Source of the DNA: Perna viridis
Taxonomy: Eukaryota
Direction of reading: 5' to 3'
DNA: 64,000 bases
NCBI GenBank assembly: GCA_037379345.1
Contig: CM074511.1
Coordinates: forward strand, 4,092,001-4,156,000
The translations under genes and the position numbers were made by a program. Positions 1 through 11,900 of this stretch are shown piece by piece. Under the pieces are notes generated by a model. That model ran no database searches and was not told the DNA's origin. It saw only the letters and a program-made list of their open reading frames with translations. Positions within the stretch are counted from its first letter, which is position 1; each line of letters opens with the position of its first letter.

Positions 1-1213
1 TGTTAAAAAAAAATACTGATTTCATATTCAGTGTTAAGAAAACAAATTTCTTGTTATTTATTTATTTTTGTTTCTTCTTTAAATGAAGGATAAAATTTGT
101 TGTAAATTGTTGGTCAGAATATTGGATACAAACAACTTATGATCGATTAACGCTGTAACCTAAAATACTTCTTGATTTATTCAGCGTAAACCGATCAAGT
201 GTACAATATTCTAAACAACAATTGAAAACGATCCTTAATTATTTCTGAATGATGGTACTTCAGTTTTTATGGATCATTGTAAACTTAATTCTAACTGTGA
301 TGTCACACGATTAGGCAAAAAAAAAAATGGTGTCTGTTTAAGTTAACCCTACCCACCATAGCACATTTTATTGGTATTTTTTTTATGAAATGCAGCAATA
401 CTATCATTTTCAGTTGAGTATTATTAAAATAAAGAAATCCTCCCTTAAGTGCCTATATAAAATAATTTAAGTAAAATGATTTGACCTACCTACCTACCTA
501 CCTACTCTATTTTTTTCTTGGCCTTAAAAACCCCAATTTTTAAGTAATATGAAATAATAATGAGGTAGCAATAAATTTTGTTTATTTAAACTTAATACTT
601 TACATACACTAGAACTAAACCTTCCCATTTTTATTTAAAGAAATAGAAATGTGTCTCTGCAGCAAACACACTACATTTTGATCATGTTTTTCGTGAAATT
701 GAAGGCTAGTTCACTTTTAGTAATGTAACCTTGATGATAGCCCAATTTAACTGGACCAATCAATTAAGTAATATGTCTCCACGAATCAGCTGATCACATT
801 GAATGTAACTTGTTGATCCACCCAAGGGCTCTGAATTGGAGAAGACACTGTACAAGCCAAAAGCCTTTCCTAATGGGTTCAAAATCGAGGTCATTGCATA
901 TACATGTTATTTGCATTACTGTCTAGGAATCACCATTCAAACAATTCATATCCATTAAACGAGTTGAAGACCTTAAAAATATTATGCAAATTACTTTAAG
1001 ACACAAAGTATTTAGTAAAGGTTTATGGAGTGAATGAAATTATTTCTCATTTACTAACTACTTATATTAATGGGAACACAACACTATTGCAGGTTCTTAA
1101 ATCATGTTTTGGGCATCATATTATTATATTAATCATGTTTTGGGCATCGTATTTTTATGATATTAATTCTCTACAATTTTATTACATAATTATACATGTA
1201 CTTAATTTTTCAG

Positions 1214-1548
1214 AAAGTTGGATTGGTACAGATAGAATCACACTTGAGAAAAAGAAGGCCCAACTGTCTGATCTGCACTTGCTCCATTTCAGCAAAGCAT
1301 TGAATCCTGCACATTTGAACATCATTGGAACCAGTTTTGAATTTTCACAAGTGGATGTACAGAACATTGAATATAAACACAACAGGGCACCAGAAGCTGC
1401 CAGTCATGATCTTCTTGTCAAATGGCGAAACAAAAAAGGAAATAGTGCCACCGTAGGTTGTCTGTTAGAAAACATGTTAAAATCTTATGAAGCTTTTCCA
1501 CAATCAATACATGAAGAAAAGGTACGAGATGCAGTTGATAGATTGTAG
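1214..1548 (+). CDS. Terminal coding exon encoding a Death-domain-fold module (gene begins upstream)
   Basis: Acceptor ttaatttttcag at 1202-1213; translation ...LSDLHLLHFSKAL..HLNIIGTSFEFSQVDVQNIEYKH..EAASHDLLVKWRNKKGNSATVGCLLENM.. fits the death-domain pattern (W-R..G..AT...L...L); stop at 1546-1548; AATAAA at 1969-1974. Confidence 0.75.
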
Positions 1549-2241
1549 TGTTTTCTTACCAAAACTTATAATGATATCATTGATACAGTGTAAAATTGAA
1601 ACAACTTTTTTTTTATGTAAGGTAGGATATATCCAATTTTCTATAGTTTTAACTGAGAAGTCATACTTGATAACAAATTCTTATGATTATGTTGAATCAA
1701 ATATTTTAGCTTATTCTGACTTGTATATATGAGCTATTGTCATCACTTGTCAATTGTATCGTTCATCCTTTGTCTGGTCTCACTAACCACTTCTAACATT
1801 TCCATTACATTACATGTTAAAAAAGTAATTTTCAAAGTTTCACTGTGAATTCCCAGGACAAATGACATCTTAAAGTTGCATACCGTTGCGAAGCTTGGAA
1901 AATAAGGCTTCCAAAATCATTATGCTAATGGTACGATGATTGTAGAAATTCTTCACAAAATTTACTTGAATAAATAATACTGAAATCCACATTTTTACCT
2001 GTTCTGCTAACTGACAGCATGGAGGCAAATTACTCACACATGTAAACGATATTCATACACTTTTGTAGTTAATTACATATATGATTTTAAAGTACACATT
2101 CTCAGCTTTATTTTGACTACTTTTAATCATAATACACACAAATAATGCTCGTACAACGCATATGTCTAGGTTCAGTGTGTTTTTGGTACTACAGAGAGGG
2201 GTGGCTATATGACCCAGAAGTGGTTAGTGAGACCTCTGGAT

Positions 2242-2451
2242 GGGTGGACAGGGGTGATAGGGATGCAGGAGTTAAGGGACAGGAATTGGTGGTTGAAGGG
2301 TGGGGAGCAGAGTGAAAAATACAGGAAGCAGGGATTATGATTGGGAACCATAATTGGGGGTAAACTGAAAAGGGTTTGGAAGCAGTGGTAAGGAGGGTGT
2401 GAGGTGGTGTTCTAGGGGAGGGAAACGGGGAAGAAGTACCCCTGTCCACCC
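2242..2451. mobile_element. MITE-like element with G-rich interior
   Basis: Perfect 14-bp inverted termini GGGTGGACAGGGGT (2242-2255) / ACCCCTGTCCACCC (2438-2451). Confidence 0.55.
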
Positions 2452-3039
2452 CGTCTTGCATCTGTCATTTTAAATGTATAAAGTCATCTCCTGTAAACTT
2501 TAAATTTGACCTGCATCATCCTTAATGTGATATTTAATTAATACTGATCTGGCAACCAACATATGGCTGTTCTGTCTATTTATAGAACATGCGGGTTAAA
2601 CCGCTTATTCTATATCTTAAGTGGATTCTTGTTAATCATGTAACCTATTTGTTAGAATAAAATATGCAATTAATAGAAATTGTCATTTGGAGGGAAAATA
2701 CGTGATGTTTTTAATTTTTAAGTGGGATACATTCCAGTATATACAGACCTTCCATTGGAATGGAAGTGTGTACATAACATCTTTTTGAATTAAGAGATCA
2801 TTTATGGCTCCAGCAGAAAAGTGATAAATTATACATTTAATTATCGAAAAAATGTACAAAAATGACCCATTGATAAATGACAGCCCATTGACATAGAAAA
2901 GGAAACATTTATGACCCAATCATATACTTTAACTCTAGAAAAACAGACCCATTCCAGCGGCACATCTGTATGTACGCTGGAAAGAGAAAATCTTGTTGTA
3001 AAAACAAATTTCTGAAGAAAACCGAGATATTTCACTAAC

Positions 3040-3235
3040 AATGTATTGTTATTTTACCTGATTTAGGTACATTTTTGAGTAAATTTTGAAAAATATTTAT
3101 ACAATTAAGAGGAATTTTCTCATTTTTGGCAATATGTTATGCAAATAAGAGGATACTTTCACATGGACGAGATGGGAAATGTTTTTGTTCTTTGAGTTTA
3201 AGTAACAGGTATGTGATTAAGTGGAATCCACTGTA
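3040..3235. mobile_element. Interspersed MITE fragment (Tc1/mariner-like ..CACTGTA end); second copy at ~9790-10022
   Basis: Both sites share gttatgcaaataag...gggaaatgttt.tgttc.ttgagttt...taagtggaatcc. Confidence 0.5.
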
Positions 3236-5758
3236 TTTGAAAAAAAATTAAAGACCATAAATGTGATTTCTTTTTTCTGTTTGAAGAGCTCTTCTAAGGC
3301 TCCATTGGGTGTGGAGATGCACTTGAAAGGAAAAAAAAATGATGGTTTTGTTGTTTTTGCTACTATCTTGAAAATCACAATAGATTGAAAGAAACATTCA
3401 GTGATGATATGATCATATAATTAGGCCTACTAAATTCTATGATGATGACGAGGAACCTTTGTATATAAAAACAATCTTTATTTTTGTTTGTTCAAATAAT
3501 AAAGCCACCATATTTCCATTTTTCCCAGTGAGATATGCATGTCATTTGAGCCTCTAGTTTGTGTTTTATATCCTCTGAACATGCAAAAATTATTTTTTAA
3601 AAAAGGTTTACATAGTATCAACTTTGCAATACCATTTCTATGTATGTCAAATTTACATAGGAATTTATTATCTTAGTAGCATGCATTTGCTCTTCTGTTA
3701 ATTTAATTGATGGATGTTAGCTGTGTCAAGACTATTACTGTCTACACTTTTCATTGTATTTTCACTAAATTGCCTTTCTAATATCAGGTTTTATATAATA
3801 AAATGAAGAAAATGATTTGGTTTAATTTGTTGCAGAATAGCCTATAATATTTTAATGTAGGAGTTATTTTTCTGTCAAAAAAGGTAGGATCTATAATAAA
3901 ATTATTTTTGCCTCAATTTATGAAATTTCAGTTTTGTTCACCAAAACTATGGGCTTGTTTTACCTAGTATTGCACAAAATTTCTGTACATACATGTAATT
4001 AAGACATTGTCAGGGTAGAATGGGGCTTAAAGCTGTGTTTAAACTTGTCAAAGATTTTTTTTGGTGATCTCTGAAGGGGTTTAGGTTTTGCTGTGTTTGC
4101 CAGTAAGTTCTTTTTGCATCATTCTAATAATTTGGTGTTTTCTTGAAACATTGTTACTTAGAAATTCCTTTATTTTACATTCAGGTGAGCAAAATAAGTA
4201 ACTCTAGGTTCTTCCACCAACACAACATTGTTGAGCCATCAGAGGTTTTGTATTATGAAAATAATTCGCAAAAAATGGAGTTTGTCTGTCAGATGTTAAA
4301 TGACATCTGTATTAATGAGACCCAGAAAAAAATTGTATATGTTGGAAACTTAAAGCCTATATAACTCCTACCTAAAATAAATTTATGGCTATTATGGGGT
4401 CTTGTTGTCATTTGTGGTTATATAACTGGCTTTCTTGTCTACATTATACTTAATATTTTGTGCAATAACTTATTCTTATAATTTTTCGTTATCAGCATGT
4501 GTTATTCCCTTAGACCAAAAGTTTTTGTTATCTTATTTGGACAAAAGATATGGACATAAAGGCTTTTTTTTATCTCCATTTGACAAAAGGCTATTGGATT
4601 TTGTTTAGGTACTTATAGCTTCATAATGCTAGAATTTAAAATCATCTTTTAGACTGGTTATTTTAAAATAGTATCTGTCATGTTAATCATAACTAAAAAC
4701 TTGACATGTCATGCCTTTTTGACCAAATTAGATGCAGAACATTTTTTTCTGTTCACGTGTTGTCAAATGCCCAATCACTTCAATAACTACTGTCCACTAT
4801 TACAACTGCACCGACAGTTGGCCATGTGTGAAATGTAATAGGATTCTTTTCTGTTTTCATTCCAATTCCTCTTTTATCAAAAACATAAATGATTTGTAAC
4901 TTATTCTATCAATTACATGCACACGGAAGAAAAATATGGAAATTTGATCTCCCAGTACTTGTCTTCCAGTAAAACCTGATCTCTATGGGAGAACATGTTT
5001 ATTTCTAATGCTTGTTACTAACTACACAGACGATCAATCGATACATTGTACATTTAATATTCATGTCAGGAGACAATAATAAAAGTTTTATGTGAAGAGA
5101 TCAATTGAAAGTGTACCTATAAATTCTAATCATACACATGAGAACAAATTATAGTAAACATGCAATAATGATGTGTTCAGGTATCTCATTGACTTAATTA
5201 GGGTGCCATTTCCTGTCATCACTTATATGTGTACATGTATACAATAAACTCTTCACCTGTTACACTCCCTGACAATGGCCATTATAGCTGTAAATCAAAC
5301 ATAGTGACAAATCTCATCACTTTATAACATACCCCAATTTTTAAAAGTCTAATATGCAATCTCACTGCAGTTCCAACACATCTGTGCTACTGCATCAAAA
5401 GGAGAACGACAAATTACCCTTGTCCTGTCATTATTGCATCATATACCTCATAACTCAAAAATTTCATACTGTGATTTGCCTAGGAGTATAAAATATATAG
5501 CTTAAAATAAGTAAACTGGTCCTATTTTGAATTATGTATATTTTTCATTTACAAATAAACCATTCTTATAGTATGAGAACTTTTATCCCGGCAACTGGTA
5601 CATTTATTTTCAGTTCCATCCATACACTCATATATTAGTTTCCTTTTGTGATATTTTAAATTGCTATATTGTAAGTCTTTATGTGTTCGTTTCCTTGTTG
5701 AATTATTAAAGAGCTGTTTAGACAGTAATTTCCTGATTCCACTTTTGATAAAAATGTA

Positions 5759-6590
5759 AACAAGAGGTTCCCAGGAGCCTGAATCGCTCACCTGGTTTAA
5801 TTTTTGCCTTTCAAGGGCAATAACTCTTAACAAAAAGTTGTCCGACAATTTTGACTCCATGGAGACTTTGGTAGGACTTATCATGAGGATCATTTCATCA
5901 ATCGGAAGTTTCATTCAATCTATCATAGTTTTCAAGATATAGGCTGAAAACTAAAAAACAAGTCATTTTTCACTTCTCAAGGGCATTAACCCTTACATGG
6001 TATCGTCTGACAACTTTGATCCCTGAAGACTTTTGTAGGCCTTATAATAAGGATATTTCAGCAATTGAAAGATATTGGCCAAACCTAATGGTTTTGGAGA
6101 TATATGCAAAAAACTACTGTACAACTCCTATGTTCTTTATTTAGTAAAGGCAGGAATGTTTTTTAAAATCAAAAATCCAAACAGTCATTTTGTTAAGGAT
6201 ACCCTAAAAAACAAAAAAACAAACTTTCATTGAATTCTGTACAGTAGTTTTTAAGAAGAAGATTTTTGGAAGTAATAACATCAAAAACAGCAAAAAACAT
6301 CCAAAAAAGGGGAAAAACCCCAACATGGGTCAACAGATTTTAACCAAAATTTGACCACAGATAGATCTCACCATGCTGAATACTTCTACCCAGTCACAAC
6401 TTAGCTTAACCTAACGGTTTTTGAGATATATGCAAAAATCTGTCCTATTTTTAGTAATGGCGGCCATGTTTTTTAACTGATCAAAAATCCAGTCATAGTG
6501 TGCAGGATTCTCTAAGGAAAAATCAGTATAAGTTTCATGCAAATCTATTCAGTAGTTTCAGAGAAGATATTTGAAAAAATTGCTAAAAAT
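5759..6590 (+). mobile_element. Non-autonomous Helentron/HINE (pearl-like) element, 3'-truncated
   Basis: Starts ACAAGAGGTTCCCAGGAGCCTGAATCGCTCACCTG like the copy at 55503; internal tandem subunits shared with 52046-53026 and 55503-56104. Confidence 0.65.
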
Positions 6591-6599
6591 AAACATTTA

Positions 6600-6936
6600 C
6601 CGCACAGATATGTCTCACCTGTCGTACGTGGTTGCTGTTAGACAGTGACAGAGGTAGCATAAATTAATGCATGAAAGAGATATGAAACCATGATGTTAAG
6701 ATGCTTATTCAAATACAAACCAAATAAGATTGACCTAGCATAAGCTGTTTGGGCTAAACTAACCTAATAAGAAAACTAAACGCTAAAAAGACATTTTAAT
6801 GTAAACAGACTGTGACTAATGCAACCACATACCAAATTTGACCGAACTACCACAAGTGATGTAATCCCAAAACTTTACATTAAAATCTAAAGTGGGTCCA
6901 GACACCCGAATAACATTACCTGCAGGCAAGACAAAA
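6600..6936 (+). mobile_element. Second HINE-like family fragment
   Basis: Ends GCAGGCAAGACAAAA and shares the ctagcataag...gaaaact core with 24339-24605. Confidence 0.45.
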
Positions 6937-6967
6937 TTTAAGAATGACTAAATAGAAGAAATATTGG

Positions 6968-6973
6968 TTTATT
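6968..6973 (-). terminator. Candidate polyadenylation signal (AATAAA) of gene A
   Basis: tttatt on plus strand ~1.35 kb past the gene A stop, at the end of a repeat-free AT-rich tract. Confidence 0.4.
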
Positions 6974-8315
6974 GTAGATTATTGTATATCACTATTTACA
7001 TTTTTCATTTATAAAAAAAAAAAAAAAATTGAGTAAAATTTGATATGTATGATAAGAATGGAATGTGTGTACAAAATGCATAAAAATTATACCAGATCTA
7101 TTTCTATTTCAGATACAAATAAAAATCCTTAAAAAAGCTTGATATATTTCCCAGCACTTTATACATGTTAAGGTGATACTTCATACTATTACAATATATA
7201 CATTAACAACATTCCTTAAAACCGGAAGAAAAAAAACTGGGCTTTTACACAGAAAATCTCGCATTAAGTTGAGTAAGGCAAAATATAGGTATTGTCCTAG
7301 TTAACTATTTATACCATGTACCTTTCAGATATTATCTAATAATTTGATGAAAAAAAAAAGTATTGCATTTCAATAAGAGGTTAAAAGATTCACCTTCATC
7401 ATACAACTGAAGAAGTATACCATTGGATTCAACCGCCTCTTTTAAAATGTTAACTATCAAAATTAATATTATGCATTACAGACACAAGAGTATTAGAAAT
7501 AAGACTGCTGTAAAATTTCTCATAATAATTTGACAGGACAAATAACAACTCACTGAATAAACAAGACCCACATAGATAACATGTATGAGTATGGAGTATC
7601 TCAAAATGTATCACCAAATATAAAGGAGTATAGAAACTAATGGGAGTATTTAAGAATAAAACAATGACTAAAAAGAACTGGAATGAAATGCTTTAACCAA
7701 CACACAGCTCATGTATATACAAGCTTCCTAATACTACTTACAAAATGGCACTAAGGTATGATAACCTTATATCTTAACTATACATTAATAACATTTTAAA
7801 TATAAGTGAATTACATTTTATGGTGACAAAATAATGTCAGTATAGAATGCATTAAACACTAGTAAACACTTCTTTAAATGAATAAAAAAAAAATTCACAT
7901 GGAGCTGCAAAAAAAAATTATACCAGAATCTCAATTCGTAAATAATATAACTATTTCTATAAATTTGTCCAAAAATATATCATATAAACAAAGGAGTGTG
8001 TAGAAATATGAAACTGACAATATTAACAATGTAAATAAATTTTCTCAAATTTAGTAGTAGTATCCTTAAGGAAACCTAAAACATAAAAATCACACAGATT
8101 ATTTCTGATACACCATAAACATGTTAAATATTTATCAGATTTTCACAACTTTTAAATGCTTTCATTTCAACACAACTATAATGAACAATACCAAATACAA
8201 CCTGGAATGTTTGTTTAAAAATAAAAAATGTAAAAGTTTCAGATCTAACCATGACAATACTTGCACTTAAAAAATGAATTATACACAAATGTAAGTCCTA
8301 GATGTTAGTTAATGT

Positions 8316-8910
8316 TTATACGAAGCTGGATGTACCAGGAGTAGTTGAAGGTTTGGTCTCCACTCGAGGATCATCAATAGGATAGCCATCAGCATCAAAC
8401 TTGGCTGGTTCCTTCAAATCTACTTCTCCGTAACTTGGTGGGCGCTGGTCATAACTTGGGGTCCTATCATACTCCGGTCTTCTAGAATAGGGCTCATAAT
8501 CATTACGATCATCATCATCATATCGCTTCTTGTCATCGTAGTCACTGTGGCGTTTCTTGTCATCATAGTCATTGTAGCCTTTCTTGTCATCATATCTATC
8601 ATAATCATCATCATAACGCCTGTCATAATCATCGTCATCACGACGGCGATCATAATCATCATCTCTATCATCGTATTTTCTATCATAGTCATCATTATCA
8701 TAGCGACGATCATAATCATCGTAGCGGTCATCATATCCTCTCCTGTCATAATCATCCTTATCATCATAGCCATTGTAGCGGCCTTTCTCATCTCCATAGT
8801 AGTCATCATGGTAGTCTCTATCATCATCTCTATATTCTCTTTCACTGTAATTATAATTGTCGTATCCCCTGTTCAATGAATCTGAACTCTTATGGACAAT
8901 GTCCTGAGTA
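8316..8910 (-). CDS. Gene A last exon: D/Y/R-rich cytoplasmic tail ending SSFV
   Basis: Acceptor ttttacag; phase 2 matches the upstream exon; EPAKFDADG resembles L1-family xPxxFNEDG; TAA at 8316-8318. Confidence 0.85.
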
Positions 8911-11900
8911 CTGTAAAATAACACATAATGTATCTTAGCTTAGAGATGAGAAGTTAGTAAGCAACAGGACAGAGATCTGTGCTATAATGCTCTATGATGT
9001 GGAATAACACAGTCTGGCAATTGTACTGTTATTTCAAATTCAATTAGTAGAGAGAATATTATCTATAGAATGATTTCTATGGCATAGAAACAATCATTTC
9101 TATTTTCATTCAAATATTATGTAAAATGTCTTCCCTTAAATGATTTATTAGCAAGTATAACAATTACTTTTAAATACTTTTGATATCAATAACCTGCAAA
9201 AATTTGATATCATTCCTACCAAATTAGTTAAAAACATTATTGTGTAGATAAAATTTCAGTCAGGTTCCTGAAAATGAGACAACTAACATGTATTCAGATT
9301 CTAAAAACATTTCTTGTTAATTTTTTGAACCAATTAGTTTGTATTTTGTTTGGTATCTCAGGAACAGTTTTGAAATGCTAAATTATCACAAAATTGTTAA
9401 AAAATAAAAATTCCATGCAGTTCTCCACAAATCACCACAATGAACATTCAAGTGATGGCTTCTGCGTGCTAGATACATGTTTAAAGCCTAAGTCTCAACC
9501 AGGAAGTACATTAAATAACATTACAACTGCCACAGAGAATATGAAGCATTAGTAAGCAGTAAGCTACACACAGGTATATTGGATTCCTGTTAATCACATA
9601 GCCTATTTGTCAAAAAAAAAAAAAAAAAATACAATTAACAGAAACTATCATTTCAAGGGAAAATACCTGATATTTTCAATGCTCTTTTATCACATATATT
9701 ATATATATTAATTAGATTCCTGATTTAGTGTCTAGTCAAAAGAAAGAGAAAATATTTTTGTTAAATCCAAATTTTTTTAGAAAACTGAGGTATTTACTAA
9801 TGATGTATTGATGTTTTACTCTTTAAGGATTAATTTATAAATACTTTTTTTTTTTTTTAAATTATGCAATTATGAGAAATTTTCTAATTTTTTGTCTAAT
9901 GTTATGCAAATAAGCACTTTGTGCAAATAAGAGGAATTTTTTATATGGAAAAGACGGGAAATGTTTCTGTTCCTTGAGTTTCTATGCAATTAAACAGATA
10001 TGTTTTTAAGTGGAATCCGCTATAGTCCATTATATAAATGACACCAAACAATTATCAGCTATCATCAGTTTGATAACATTCATGTAGCTTTATCAGTACT
10101 TATCAATTTGTGGTTAGCTTTTAATCTGACTTCTCAACAGTTTGGCTCTTTGGGTATCATAATTCAGCAAAGGGAGACAACAACTAGCTGAGATCAATTC
10201 AGACAAAAAATTGTGCTTTTAGATACTGCCAAATACTTAACTTTATTTCTGTGGTTAGAGAAAGTGAATTTGTAAGTTGAGTTAAAGCTAATTTGTTTAA
10301 TATACAGCCAGTCTCAGATAAATATTCAAAATTATTAAGTTAAAAACTTGAATAGAAATTTAAAAAGAAAAGAAAGTTATCCTTATTAACCTAGCAATTA
10401 TGTCCACAATATACCACATTGAAAAGTTTAAACATTGCCTTGATGTTAAAATTGCTACTTCACAGTTAATTTATTTATTCTTGATAGTATTCAACATTAA
10501 TTTTGTAATTAAGTCTGATTTTCTATAACAGACCATAATTGGGAATATTTTAGCCCTAATTTTCATAAAGAGAAATAGAAAAATTTTGCCTGCAACAATC
10601 CTGAAACAAAATTAGTCTTATGTAAAATGCACAGTGAATTAAGTGTTCTATCCCCAAATTTAAGGTAAGAAATTCAAGCCGGGATCCACCCTCTCTGAAC
10701 ATCAAAATTAATGTGAATACACAAAACCTTTGGAAGCACTTATGACAAATGATAAATGAATTTCAGTCAAAATTATCTAAAATATTTGCATGAAAGTTGT
10801 GAAATACAAGATTAAGGGAGAATGGTAGCCACATTATAATTTAATTATTGCAAGTTTAATCTTGATGCTTGCACTTTTGCAAACTTGATAATACTGAAGT
10901 AAAGGTTACTAGTACAGGGCAATTAGTAATGAGTTTCCAGTCTGAGGGATGATAATTTTGTCCATTAATTGAATTAGCCTGTGCATTATTATATTGTGTT
11001 TATACGCATCTATTTGAAATAAGACCAAAAATATTTATAGATATGATAAGTGATAATTTTTTTTTATCATATTCACTAGAGTAAAGCTATTGTTCTCCAT
11101 CTTGTTTATATTTACATATCGTAGTTTATTTGATTTTTAATTACTACATATTTATATTTAAAGCCATAAATATGTTATAAAAAGTTTACTCCATAGCATT
11201 TTCCATATTGCCCTGGTTTCAGCCCTAAACTACATTTTAGATGTGATAAGGAAAGGTCAAGCTGAAACTGGGATGATATGAAAAATGCTGTAAAATAACC
11301 TCTAAATATAAATAACATACAATTTAAACATGATTAAAAATAAATATAAAATTTATCAAATTTTCGAAAACTGTTTCTAATTGACCTCAATTGATAAAAA
11401 AATTAGAGAAGTTTTTATTTGCATTTTGTTGTTTACATTTTAAAAGTGGCTACCCTTTTACTAGTTGTGTTCAGCCTATTATTCAATATAAGAACTTGTA
11501 CAGTATATATTCAGTAGATATAGAGTGTAAACACATCATGAAAGTGTAGAAAAAAGAAGAAAGCAAGTGCTGGTACCAGATGGATGAGATGAGGATGTGG
11601 TGGTATCATAAAACATTCCAGTCGGCTAGTATTCAATACAAACAAATATAGGTTCTATAATTGAACTTTAAATAAATCAAATATCTTTATGTACCATATG
11701 AAATATTGTAGCAATTAAACTCGGAATACACCCCCCCCCCCCCCACCCATCAAGTAGCTATTGTTAAACAGAACTTTCAATACTAAAATAAACAAATTTA
11801 TTGATTCTGGTGGATAGACAAAATTTTATAATAAAAACAAGAGAGATGAGATTTTGCCTGACTTGAAAATGTTTTATAATGAATTGAGTGACAAAGGGGG

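Noticed and set aside
1030-1213. N-terminal part of the 172-aa ORF
   Set aside because: Intron-like AT-rich sequence upstream of a clear acceptor, with a non-ATG start
1214-1548. Ankyrin gene next to its L1 ligand
   Set aside because: Only an isolated, divergent death domain is visible; no ankyrin, ZU5 or UPA evidence
8420-8879. Met-rich (minus) and Ile-rich (plus) ORFs
   Set aside because: Shadow frames of the GAT/TAT-rich tail exon; only the D/Y frame is in phase with the gene
11577-11625. Possible extra exon in gene A's last intron
   Set aside because: 49 nt, not frame-preserving in a phase-2 intron, and the donor is weak
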